Source: an uncultured Candidatus Saccharibacteria bacterium
Lineage (GTDB): Bacteria > Patescibacteriota > Minisyncoccia > Phycocordibacterales > DATDWN01
Assembly: GCA_964586695.1 (NCBI GenBank)
Contig: CAZPGQ010000002.1
Span: forward strand, 6,337-70,336
Reading direction: 5' to 3'
DNA: 64,000 bases
The position numbers were made by a program, and so were the translations under genes. Positions within the stretch are counted from its first letter, which is position 1. The number at the start of each line of letters is the position of its first letter. The notes under the pieces were generated by a model. The model did no database searches and was not told the origin of the DNA. It was given only the letters and a program-made list of their open reading frames with translations. Positions 10,810-21,942 of the stretch are shown piece after piece.

Positions 10810-12258
10810 CTAATAATTTACTCCAAGCTCTTGAGATTTATAGGTGTCTTTTAGCCAATTTACTAGAGATAGTGTATCTTCATCTTTTGAGGATGAGCCG
10901 AGAATAACTACAGCAACTTTTCTGTCTTTACCATTAATTGGAACATTAAATATACTGGTTGCAACCTGCTTTAAATCTTCTGTTTCTCCGTGTTGGGTCA
11001 TAAGCACAGACTGATCTAGCAAAGTAGAATTATTCGTCCAAGAATAACTTTTATGTGAAGAACTTTCATCTATTTTATAACTTTTAACTGTTGTTACCTT
11101 TGATAAATATGAATGTTTCCTATAAAAATAACTCACTAATCTAAACATATCACTAGCAGTAGAGACATTCTCAGGATTCTTACTAATCACATCAGAGAAC
11201 TTTGTATCTGACATTTTTAGTGCTTTTGCTTTTATATTCATAAGACCAATAAACATACTCTTTCCAGCAGAATGTGCGATAGAGTCCCCTGCTACATCCT
11301 TACCGCCAATAAGAAGAGGCCTAAGCATTTGAGTTATTGTAAGCACGTCACCTTTCTCCATATCATAATTTAGACCAGCATGATCGCCAGAAATGTTTAC
11401 AGGAACTTTGCGGTCATCTCGATATATTTCGTCAGATATAACGGCAGTCATAATATTTGCCAATGAAGAAATTGGCATTTTCTCTTTAGAAGACTTTTCA
11501 GCAAATACAAAACCTGTATCTATATCAGCTACTACATAAGAACTGGCATCAACCTCTGGAAAGACACTTATACTACTAAAGTCTTTGTGGAATGACTCTA
11601 CAATAGCAACTGTATCCTGACCTTTTTCTGGTTCAATAATAAATACAGGAGTCCCAATTTTTACAAAATCAAAAACAATCTTCGAATTTTCATTTGAAAG
11701 CCTAATACAACCACCAGAATCTCCATCTCTAATGTTAACCCCGTTTGCATAATGTGGCATACCATGTATAAAAAAGTTTCCAAAAAACTGCATGCTGTAC
11801 GGCATATAAATATTACCTATTGAAACAGGATGACTAACTTCTTTGGTTAATACTTTATATACACCGATAGGAGTTTCGTATCTTGACCCTTCTTTACCTT
11901 TTGCCAAAATATTCAACTCTTGTTCAATTTTTCCGTCATTAATAAGCTTGATCTTCATTTCTGTTAAGTCAGCAAAAACAGCCTTACCTTCTGTAGGAAT
12001 ATCTATACCAGTTCCATCAATGCTAATAACCCTCTTTGATATAGAAGAGTTAATTGCATCCAATCTTTCTTGCTCAGCTAATTGCTGTTGTAACTTTTCA
12101 AACTCTACACTCTTTGCTTCTTCTGCCAATCTCTGTTTCTCATACTGAACATCAATATTGTGACTGCATATTGATAAACCAAATGATCCGAGACTTAAAA
12201 CAAAAAAAAGACTAGTGATAATGATTATGAAAGTCTTTCTTTTATTCCATATTTCCAT
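10810..12258 (-). CDS. L,D-transpeptidase (YkuD) fused to a degenerate D-Ala-D-Ala carboxypeptidase (S11) domain
   Basis: N-terminal TM; ETPIG, FFIHGMP and SGGCIRL YkuD motifs; C-terminal half has ASSYVVADIDTG, MPISSLANIMTA and STASDM like PBP5/DacA. Confidence 0.85.
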   Translation of the reverse strand: MEIWNKRKTFIIIITSLFFVLSLGSFGLSICSHNIDVQYEKQRLAEEAKSVEFEKLQQQLAEQERLDAINSSISKRVISIDGTGIDIPTEGKAVFADLTEMKIKLINDGKIEQELNILAKGKEGSRYETPIGVYKVLTKEVSHPVSIGNIYMPYSMQFFGNFFIHGMPHYANGVNIRDGDSGGCIRLSNENSKIVFDFVKIGTPVFIIEPEKGQDTVAIVESFHKDFSSISVFPEVDASSYVVADIDTGFVFAEKSSKEKMPISSLANIMTAVISDEIYRDDRKVPVNISGDHAGLNYDMEKGDVLTITQMLRPLLIGGKDVAGDSIAHSAGKSMFIGLMNIKAKALKMSDTKFSDVISKNPENVSTASDMFRLVSYFYRKHSYLSKVTTVKSYKIDESSSHKSYSWTNNSTLLDQSVLMTQHGETEDLKQVATSIFNVPINGKDRKVAVVILGSSSKDEDTLSLVNWLKDTYKSQELGVNY

Positions 12259-12320
12259 GTGTAAAAAATACTTTACTATGAAAAACCAGATTTGTCTAAT
12301 ATATTTTAGTATGGTAATTA

Positions 12321-12722
12321 TTAAAATGGAGACTGAGATTGGCTTAAATAGTTACAGATTGGTAAAAAAAGTGGTTGAGGTAATTTATCCCATTCGAACC
12401 AATCCCAAGATTCACATTTATTTGGTTCTTTGATTTCTGGCTCGCCACTATCATAGTCAGCAATAACAAATAGTGTGATGAAATGTTTACCTTCTTCCTT
12501 AAACATATCATTTGTGTAAATACTGTTCTTTAGATTTTTTATTTTCAAACCGGTCTCTTCCTCAACCTCACGCATCGCGCATTCTTCTGGTGTTTCCCAT
12601 AAATCTAATTTTCCACCAGGAAAACTCCATGTACCCGCGCCATGAGCCCCTTTTCTTTTACCAAGTAGAACCTTGTTACCTCTACGAATTATTACTCCAA
12701 CACCAATTCCAGGTTTTTCCAT
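12321..12722 (-). CDS. NUDIX hydrolase (MutT/NUDT15-like)
   Basis: Nudix box GGKLDLWETPEECAMREVEEETGL; C-terminal EPNKCESWDW. Confidence 0.9.
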   Translation of the reverse strand: MEKPGIGVGVIIRRGNKVLLGKRKGAHGAGTWSFPGGKLDLWETPEECAMREVEEETGLKIKNLKNSIYTNDMFKEEGKHFITLFVIADYDSGEPEIKEPNKCESWDWFEWDKLPQPLFLPICNYLSQSQSPF

Positions 12723-12727
12723 ATTGA

Positions 12728-13138
12728 TTATATTATTTTAATAAAATCTAATACTTTTGATTTTATTATATCCCTCAAGTTATTGTAAAATTCTTGACCA
12801 TCACCTACTGCACCCGACACATCCCATGTTTCCAGTTTGTTTGAATTCTTTAAATATTCAGGTAATTCGTCAAAAGAAATTAAGGACACTATTCTGTCTG
12901 AATTATAGACTGGATCAGGTGTAAGTTGATTTCTGACTTTTTTAGTAACATCTATACCCTCTTCAGTCATTGTATTTACTAATTTAGTATCAATTTCTGA
13001 AACCAACTGATTTTCATTTTGAACAGGAACATCTGTCCCAGCACTAAATGCAGTATGTTCTGAATTAAAATGTGAAAATAATGCTTCCGCCATCTGGCTC
13101 CTTCCAATATTTGATTTACACACAAACAGTATTTTCAT
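12728..13138 (-). CDS. Low-molecular-weight phosphatase / ArsC-like protein
   Basis: ILFVCKSNIGRSQMAEA P-loop (CX5R) and SAGT. Confidence 0.85.
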   Translation of the reverse strand: MKILFVCKSNIGRSQMAEALFSHFNSEHTAFSAGTDVPVQNENQLVSEIDTKLVNTMTEEGIDVTKKVRNQLTPDPVYNSDRIVSLISFDELPEYLKNSNKLETWDVSGAVGDGQEFYNNLRDIIKSKVLDFIKII

Positions 13139-13147
13139 AATAAAATA

Positions 13148-13612
13148 CTATTTTAATGATGGAATTTTACCATTCATCATTATTTCCCATGAAGTAAATC
13201 CTTCTCCAAAAAGGCCACCAAATGTTCTAAACATGTCCGCAATATAAGTTACAGTAAATAGTATTATCAATATAAACATTATTTTCTTAATCCCTGAAAT
13301 TTTTGCTTTACTTCCTAGAAAAATTATCAACCCCATTAAACCCAAAGCTACCATATTTCCAATAAGATAATTTGGAAGTATGCTGGATACCAAAGAAAGT
13401 AGTCCAACTGGGGTAAATAAACCAAAAAATCCTGCAATGTGACCACCGGTAGACCCAACAAAACTGTCATTCAAATACTGATTATACAAAAGTATATAAA
13501 TCAAAGTTATTGAAAGCCACCATATTAACAATTCTTTACCGAAACTATCTTTAAACTTTACATTCATACTCTTTGCAAATACTTCTTCCTGGTTTAGATC
13601 ATAATTATTCAT
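13148..13612 (-). CDS. Hypothetical membrane protein (~4 TM)
   Basis: 154-aa hydrophobic ORF co-oriented with its neighbours. Confidence 0.7.
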   Translation of the reverse strand: MNNYDLNQEEVFAKSMNVKFKDSFGKELLIWWLSITLIYILLYNQYLNDSFVGSTGGHIAGFFGLFTPVGLLSLVSSILPNYLIGNMVALGLMGLIIFLGSKAKISGIKKIMFILIILFTVTYIADMFRTFGGLFGEGFTSWEIMMNGKIPSLK

Positions 13613-13733
13613 TTATAAATTATACCAAGTTAGAATTTAAAAGTCCTTATTTTAGGTGCTTTTATTTCAGCGTGACCTAATGGATGATGTTAGAACTAGT
13701 TTTGAAAGGATAAATGATGCAACAATCGTATTA

Positions 13734-14291
13734 CTACTGATTAGAAACTAATCTAAATGTTGAGAGAGCCTTTTTAAAGTTTTCTAATCTTTGGTCTGAA
13801 ATTACACAATAGTCATTTTTACCAGTCATTCCTGTATCTATAGAGTCACAACTCAACGAGAAGAAAACTGATTTACCATTTAACAAATTAGTGCTTGCAA
13901 CTACATTTCCACTCATTGAATATTGAACGACTATATTTTTACCATTTGCTAAAATATTACTACATCTAGTATCTACACTTTCAATACAAGTCAGCGAATT
14001 TTTAGAATCTTTTAACTGAATTGAAATAATTTTTTGACCAACATTATTTTGAAAATTATCTAATTTGTTTAACACCTCAACCCTTTCTTTGCTATATATA
14101 AATTCAAACCCATACTCACTATTTGTATATATTTCTGGTATACCATGCTTATCTATATCCTTCTGCATTCTGGCAATATCACTTTTTGTGGTTACTGGCC
14201 CACCCAAATAAGAGAGCAGGAAAGCAGCCATTAATACGATAATTATTAATGCACTTAAAACCAGAAAAATAATTTCGATTGCTTTTTTCAT
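13734..14291 (-). CDS. Hypothetical membrane-anchored protein (PsbP-like YxNxxYGFEF motif)
   Basis: N-terminal TM then YTNSEYGFEFIY; start taken at MKKAIE. Confidence 0.65.
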   Translation of the reverse strand: MKKAIEIIFLVLSALIIIVLMAAFLLSYLGGPVTTKSDIARMQKDIDKHGIPEIYTNSEYGFEFIYSKERVEVLNKLDNFQNNVGQKIISIQLKDSKNSLTCIESVDTRCSNILANGKNIVVQYSMSGNVVASTNLLNGKSVFFSLSCDSIDTGMTGKNDYCVISDQRLENFKKALSTFRLVSNQ

Positions 14292-14364
14292 ATACCAAAA
14301 TTCTACCACAGTTCTAATTCACTACACCCGTGTTTTGTGGCTAATTTATTTAGTGAAAAAGTTG

Positions 14365-14439
14365 CGCGGTCGACCGGACTTGAACCGGCAGCCTCTCCCG
14401 TGACAGGGGAGTGCTCTAACCAAATTGAGCTACGACCGC
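14365..14439 (-). tRNA. tRNA-Asp(GTC)
   Basis: GCGGTCG...CGACCGC-G; anticodon arm CTCCC-CTGTCAC-GGGAG. Confidence 0.93.
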
Positions 14440-14522
14440 ATATATGCGAACAGATAAAACTGTAGCAGATTTTTAAGCTGAAATCAATTTATAAAAATAA
14501 GGATCAGTCCCCTATTTAAAGT

Positions 14523-14699
14523 GCACAAGATTACGTCTTGTGTCGAGGGTGGGTTACTTCCGCGACTATTTTTTCGCCGTCGCTCAAAAATGTCGTGTCC
14601 GCGACTCGCGACCTGGTCTACTGACCAGGTGCCCGCTCCGTCCATCGAACCCACACGAAAGCCGTAACACGGCTTTCTCCTCGCACAAAACTACGTTTG
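14523..14699 (-). repeat. tRNA 3'-mirror element appended to tRNA-Met
   Basis: Direct copy of the tRNA 3' end (14538-14557 = 14697-14716, 20 bp); split inverted copy at 14644-14654 and 14679-14687; internal hairpins. Confidence 0.8.
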
Positions 14700-14772
14700 T
14701 GTCGAGGGTGGGTTACGATCCCACTGCCTTGGGCTTATGAGTCCCACGCTCTACCAATTGAGCTACCCCGAC
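14700..14772 (-). tRNA. tRNA-Met(CAT), probably elongator
   Basis: GTCGGGG...CCTCGAC-A with G1-C72; loop CTCATAA; atypical T-loop ATCGTAA. Confidence 0.85.
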
Positions 14773-14853
14773 AATCCATAAAATATAGCAGAAAATTGCA
14801 TAAAAACAAATATGTGCTTGCAAAGTGCTAAAAACAGTTGTAGAATGACCTGT

Positions 14854-14924
14854 AGCGGGATGGAGAAGCAGTATCTCGGTAGGCTCATAACCTGCAGACC
14901 CAGGTGCAAGTCCTGGTCCCGCAA
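14854..14924 (+). tRNA. tRNA-fMet(CAT), initiator
   Basis: A1:A72 mismatch, A11-U24, anticodon arm GTAGG-CTCATAA-CCTGC, T-loop TGCAAGT. Confidence 0.85.
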
Positions 14925-15108
14925 CAAGTATGAAAAAAGAACCCTTATGGGTTCTTTTTTCATACTTGTTGCGGACAGACATAGTGCCGAGCACTATGTC
15001 GTCAGGACTTGCAAGGCGGAGCGGGCACACACTCACCAGAGTGGGTCGAGAGCCGGGGAGGCGGAAATTTTGTTGCAACAAAATTATCCGTCGACGATGT
15101 CCTGGTCC
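14925..15108 (+). repeat. tRNA 3'-mirror element appended to tRNA-fMet
   Basis: Long hairpin; split inverted copy TTGCGGAC (14969-14976) + CAGGACTTGCA (15003-15013); core; direct copy GTCCTGGTCC (15099-15108). Confidence 0.75.
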
Positions 15109-15114
15109 AATTTT

Positions 15115-16053
15115 TTATATTATTTGAAATTCCTCAAACACATTCCTATAAAGGCCAATTACAATCTTTGCCTCTCTTTGATTTAAAATAAAACCTTCTC
15201 CATCATGACTTATTCTATTTCTTACTTTGTGTGCCTCCCAAGCATCATCTAGAGTTCTAAAATCACTTTTTTCTACAACCTTCAACTTGTCCCCTATTGT
15301 GTCGCCAGGCAAAGATAATTTATCCAAAAGATCACCTAACATTATATCTGCCTCAATAATAGCTATCTTCCAATCATTTTCGTTTAGTGAATCTGCGCTT
15401 GCCTCTATTCTTTGCCATTTTGGATTGTTAACTCTTTCTTCCTCTACGCTAACTGGATATAGCAACACTCTTTCATTTTCCAAAATTGGTTTTATTTTAA
15501 AATCTAGATAAAGAATATACAGGAAACACAATATACAAAATATTATTATTAATATCTTTATCAAACCGATCATTGAGAATAACCATATCAAGGTTTTCTC
15601 TAAAGCATTTGGTTCAGTATCTACATATGCAATATTGTTTTCATCTACCCAACCATCCACCCCAGAATCGTAGTCCACATACCAATATTTTTTACCACCT
15701 ATTTCGACTGGTCCCTGAAGTATCTTTCCCCTTGCACCCATTCTATGACTACCGATTTTTTTACCGCCAGGGCTGTCATAAACATCAGCCTTATTCATAT
15801 TTATAACACCTACGCCTATAGCATTCTGAAGTGAGGCTATAGGTCGCGTATGAGCCAACAAAATACTCTTTCCATCAATAAAACCCTTGAGTCCGGCAGA
15901 AAACCACCTATTTGAATTTATCTTAGAAGTAACCGAATTAAAGATAGCAGAAAAAATTATGAGAGCAATAATAAGAGTTGCTATTTCAGCAAACACTGTC
16001 GCTTTATCATTCTTAACTTCTGGTTTTGCTTCTGGTTTTTTTTCGTCTGCCAT
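15115..16053 (-). CDS. Membrane protein with an SH3-like extracellular domain and a C-terminal HEPN-like helical domain
   Basis: Two TM segments flank ...KYWYVDYDSGVDGWVDE; the C-terminus has AWEAHKVRNRISH (RxxxxH). Confidence 0.6.
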   Translation of the reverse strand: MADEKKPEAKPEVKNDKATVFAEIATLIIALIIFSAIFNSVTSKINSNRWFSAGLKGFIDGKSILLAHTRPIASLQNAIGVGVINMNKADVYDSPGGKKIGSHRMGARGKILQGPVEIGGKKYWYVDYDSGVDGWVDENNIAYVDTEPNALEKTLIWLFSMIGLIKILIIIFCILCFLYILYLDFKIKPILENERVLLYPVSVEEERVNNPKWQRIEASADSLNENDWKIAIIEADIMLGDLLDKLSLPGDTIGDKLKVVEKSDFRTLDDAWEAHKVRNRISHDGEGFILNQREAKIVIGLYRNVFEEFQII

Positions 16054-16095
16054 ATGTAACTATTATACATCAGAAAAAAACTTAACTGTAGAACT

Positions 16096-17520
16096 TTATT
16101 CATTCAAAAACTTTTTACCAATTTCAAAAAGGATATCCTCGCAGTTATGTGGAGCCATAATTTGTAAACCTAGTGGTAATTTTACACCTAGTGATTCAAC
16201 TTCACCATTTGGGATAGAAATGGCTGGAATGCCTACAATATTTGCCGGTACTGTAAAAACATCTTCCAAATATAGTGATAATGGATCGTTAATTTTTTCT
16301 CCAATCTTGAATGCAGGACCAGGAGTTGTTGGAGTTATTATTGCATCAACTTCAGAAAAAGCTTTCTTAAAATCTTCAGAAATTTTCTGTCTTAAAATTA
16401 AAGCTTTATTGTAATAAGCATCATGATATCCAGCAGAAAGAACATATGTACCAATAAGAATTCTTCTTCTAGCTTCTGGACCAAAGCCTTGACCTCTAGT
16501 TTTTAAATAATCCTGCAAAAGATTGTCCCCATCAACATGGAGACCAAATTTTACTCCATCAAACCTAGAGAGATTGGATGAGACTTCTGCTGGCATAATA
16601 ATATAATATACAGCAAGTGAATACTCGATATTAGGAAGTTTGATATCTTTTATTTCATAGCCTAAATCTTTTAGTTTTTTAACCGCCTCTTCAAACTTAG
16701 ATTTTGATTCATCAGGAATTCCACCTTTTTCTAGAATATGATAAGGCACTCCAATAGTTAGACTATTTTCAATTTTTCTTTTCTCATATATATCATCACC
16801 AAAAGTTGTGCTATCAAAAGAATCTTTACCTTTTATTATGTTAAACAAAATCTCCGAATCAGTTACAGTCTTTGTAATAGGACCAATAACATCCAAAGAA
16901 GACCCCATGGCCATAAGCCCGTGTCTTGAAACAGAGCCGTATGTTGGTTTTAATCCTACAACTCCACAAAAAGATGATGGTTGCCTAACAGAGCCCCCAG
17001 TATCAGAACCAAGTGACGCCAAGGCGCCATTCATTGCCACAGCTGCTACTGAGCCACCGGAAGAACCCCCCGCAACACGAGAAGTATCTAGAGGATTTTT
17101 TGTTACACCAAAGGCTGAATTCTCTGTCGAACCACCCATAGCAAATTCATCCATATTTGCTCTTCCCAAAAACAAAGCTCCTGCTTCTTTTAACTTTTTA
17201 ATAACAGTTGCGTCATATGGAGACACAAAACCTTCTAAAATTTTTGATGCAGAGGTTGCTTTTTTACCATCAATTAAAATATTATCCTTTATTGCAAGCG
17301 GAACACCAAAAAGAGGTCCTATTTCCCCTTTTTCTATTTTTTCATCTAATTCCTGTGCCTGATCTATTACATCAGAATATACTTCTAGATAAGCATTGAT
17401 ATCAGAATTATTTTTTTTAATGTTTTCTAAATAAGCTTCTGCAAGCTCCTTTACAGTAAAGTCCTTTGACTTTAAATGCTTATTTAGATCTTTAATTGTT
17501 AACTTTGAAATATCAATCAT
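16096..17520 (-). CDS. gatA: Asp/Glu-tRNA amidotransferase subunit A
   Basis: Amidase signature GGSSGGS, GSDTGGSVRQP and RRRILIGTYVLSAGY. Confidence 0.97.
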   Translation of the reverse strand: MIDISKLTIKDLNKHLKSKDFTVKELAEAYLENIKKNNSDINAYLEVYSDVIDQAQELDEKIEKGEIGPLFGVPLAIKDNILIDGKKATSASKILEGFVSPYDATVIKKLKEAGALFLGRANMDEFAMGGSTENSAFGVTKNPLDTSRVAGGSSGGSVAAVAMNGALASLGSDTGGSVRQPSSFCGVVGLKPTYGSVSRHGLMAMGSSLDVIGPITKTVTDSEILFNIIKGKDSFDSTTFGDDIYEKRKIENSLTIGVPYHILEKGGIPDESKSKFEEAVKKLKDLGYEIKDIKLPNIEYSLAVYYIIMPAEVSSNLSRFDGVKFGLHVDGDNLLQDYLKTRGQGFGPEARRRILIGTYVLSAGYHDAYYNKALILRQKISEDFKKAFSEVDAIITPTTPGPAFKIGEKINDPLSLYLEDVFTVPANIVGIPAISIPNGEVESLGVKLPLGLQIMAPHNCEDILFEIGKKFLNE

Positions 17521-17795
17521 AAAATTTTCTTAACTTTAAGGTACCTGCCTTCTCTAGATGGTGCATTATTTAAAAGTTTTTCAGTATACTCATCTGAATT
17601 ATTAGTTATAACATCATCCCTCATGACATTTCTTAATTTTGAGACGTCAGCTTTTGCATCTCCAGTAGAATTCTGTATCTGTCCGACATAGCCCAAAATT
17701 GAGTCTATTTGTGATGTTAGACCCTCAGCCTCTTCGTCAGATACCTCTATACGGGCAAGATCAGCAAGTTTCTTTATTTCGTCTTTTGTAATCAT
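17517..17795 (-). CDS. gatC: Asp/Glu-tRNA amidotransferase subunit C
   Basis: EIKKLADLARI...NVMRDD...LNNAP; overlaps the gatA start. Confidence 0.93.
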   Translation of the reverse strand: MITKDEIKKLADLARIEVSDEEAEGLTSQIDSILGYVGQIQNSTGDAKADVSKLRNVMRDDVITNNSDEYTEKLLNNAPSREGRYLKVKKIL

Positions 17796-17800
17796 AGTAT

Positions 17801-19831
<2,031 letters not shown>

Positions 19832-19842
19832 TTAAATTAGCA

Positions 19843-20742
19843 CTACCAAGTAGCCGTTACGGCAGAATTTGAACTAACTTGCCACGACCATGTTGGTCTC
19901 TGAGGATCATAAAATGGATCAGAAACAGAATAGCCACTTTCTGAACTACAATGAGAAATTAATTTATAGTTAACACCATCTGATTTATATAAATAAGCAT
20001 TATGCCAAGTACTAGGAAGACATATGGCCACCTTCGTTATCTCGACCCCCCTTGGGTCGTGTGGATATGTTGGCATAAAATTCGGAGCCAAGCCAGGTAT
20101 CCAATCCGGGGTAGAATACCACAGATCACCAACTTCAGAACTCTTCCACACCATACTAGTGTTTGGGTACGTACCATTTGCACTTTTATAAGCTTCTATT
20201 GCAGACTGAAGTTTTAACAATGTAGCTTTTCTTATTGAATCATTATCCTGCTTGTTTTCATATGTAATTGAAACCCCCCTTTCGTATCTTCTTGGTGATG
20301 TTGTATCACAAGTGTTATACCCCCTAGAGTCTATTGTTGTATAACCATTAGCTTTCTTTGTTACAGTTACAATGGCACAACCTTTTGTATAGGTTAGATA
20401 AAAAGTACTTGTTGCATTTGCAATTCCTCCACCACCAATAACACTACTCTGTGTTGGATTAGTAGGGACAGTTTGTAAACCAGTCTTTATAGTCTGGAAA
20501 TTACAAAAAATAGTTCCTGGTGTTGCTGTAGCAAAAGGGCTTAAATCTGCACTGCTTAAGTCCCAATGTTTTGCACACTCCAGACCACTGTCCGCCGCAA
20601 AAAACGCATATTGTGACTCTTCATTAGAGGTTGCAAGTTTTAATTGCTTTACAGCAACATCACTTAGCATAAAACCTATAACCAAAAGCATGGATGTAAC
20701 TACAACTGCAACTACCAATGTAAAACCTTTGTTTTTTTTCAT
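19843..20742 (-). CDS. PilX-like minor pilin with an extra C-terminal pseudopilin-like globular domain
   Basis: KGFTLVVAVV (no E5), AFFAADSGLECA, IDSRGYN; then IRKATLLKLQSAIEAYKSANGTYP...PHDP...YLYKSDG. Confidence 0.75.
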   Translation of the reverse strand: MKKNKGFTLVVAVVVTSMLLVIGFMLSDVAVKQLKLATSNEESQYAFFAADSGLECAKHWDLSSADLSPFATATPGTIFCNFQTIKTGLQTVPTNPTQSSVIGGGGIANATSTFYLTYTKGCAIVTVTKKANGYTTIDSRGYNTCDTTSPRRYERGVSITYENKQDNDSIRKATLLKLQSAIEAYKSANGTYPNTSMVWKSSEVGDLWYSTPDWIPGLAPNFMPTYPHDPRGVEITKVAICLPSTWHNAYLYKSDGVNYKLISHCSSESGYSVSDPFYDPQRPTWSWQVSSNSAVTATW

Positions 20743-20743
20743 T

Positions 20744-21328
20744 TTACTGACCATTAAATAATGATTCTTTTATCTGAAATGATTTTGCTAAATTACCAGT
20801 ATTCCAACTCATTGTAACAATTATTTCAACTTCTGTTGAAGATATTGGTGAAATTTGTACTTCTCTTTTAAAATTAGATGACGTCCAACTTGCTCCAGAT
20901 GTATAACTAAATGCTCCAGTTGTAGAATTCTGTTTTAGATTTTGACACGTTCCAAAACCTCCGGCACAATTTGCAACAGTTTTTGTATAAACGTCTACAG
21001 TACAAGTCTTTTGTGATACACCAGTTCCTCCATACCAACATGCGTCAGATGTGACCTCTGATAATCCATGTAGCCAATTCACCATTGAACATGAGCCTGT
21101 TGAGATACAATATGTATCATTGAGTGCATTTTCATCTTTTAAATTTTTAATAAACTCTACAGCTTCTTGAGCCAGATAAAATGCGGTTACCTGATCTTTT
21201 ACAATAAGAGAACTTTTTAAGCTACCCTGCACAGCAGTAAATGTTGCCAATATAGAAACAGTCAAAATACTTATAGCCACCAGAGACTCAACTATCGTAA
21301 AACCTTTGTTGTTTTTTAAAATTTTCAT
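20744..21328 (-). CDS. Type IV minor pilin (PilV-like)
   Basis: KGFTIVESLVAISIL prepilin motif; AFYLAQEAVE. Confidence 0.85.
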   Translation of the reverse strand: MKILKNNKGFTIVESLVAISILTVSILATFTAVQGSLKSSLIVKDQVTAFYLAQEAVEFIKNLKDENALNDTYCISTGSCSMVNWLHGLSEVTSDACWYGGTGVSQKTCTVDVYTKTVANCAGGFGTCQNLKQNSTTGAFSYTSGASWTSSNFKREVQISPISSTEVEIIVTMSWNTGNLAKSFQIKESLFNGQ

Positions 21329-21333
21329 AGATT

Positions 21334-21930
21334 TTATTGTGTATCAAAAAGTCTTTGTGAAACCGCAGTTTGTATTGCAAAAGTAGATTTAATAGTTGGC
21401 TTTGAACCCACATAACCTTTAATAATTATGACTATCATAGGTTGTGCAAAATTAAGACTTGAATATTTTGCTGAACCATAAACATAAAACTTTAAACTCT
21501 CAATGGTAACGTCTGAACTAGTCAAATAAGATGGTGTAGCAGAGCCTCCAACGTATCTTGTAATACGATTACTCTCAAGCTTATAGATATAATTTACACC
21601 AGATGATGAATACAAAGATATTGAGGATGCTCCATTTACCATATCAGGACAGTCACTTGGCAGAGTCAAAACTACTGGATTAGTGGCTGGATCAGAATCA
21701 CAATGATAAAGATAACCAAAACGCATTACTCTTGTCATTGATTCCAAAGTAATATTTAGATTGTCCATAATGGATCGCATACTTTGTGATTTCCGATTTC
21801 CTTCTATAACACTGTATATAGACCCCATACTTATAGTCATAATAACTATAAATATAGTTGAAGAAACCATGATTTCTATCAGAGTAAATCCTCTTTTTTT
21901 ATTTATTTTTTTTATCTTATTGAATATCAT
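21334..21930 (-). CDS. Type IV minor pilin (PilW-like)
   Basis: RGFTLIEIMVS prepilin motif. Confidence 0.85.
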   Translation of the reverse strand: MIFNKIKKINKKRGFTLIEIMVSSTIFIVIMTISMGSIYSVIEGNRKSQSMRSIMDNLNITLESMTRVMRFGYLYHCDSDPATNPVVLTLPSDCPDMVNGASSISLYSSSGVNYIYKLESNRITRYVGGSATPSYLTSSDVTIESLKFYVYGSAKYSSLNFAQPMIVIIIKGYVGSKPTIKSTFAIQTAVSQRLFDTQ

Positions 21931-21942
21931 TATAAATATTTA

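Noticed and set aside
14540-15191. Several overlapping ORFs across the Met/fMet tRNAs
   Set aside because: They overlap tRNA genes and palindromic elements and are spurious.
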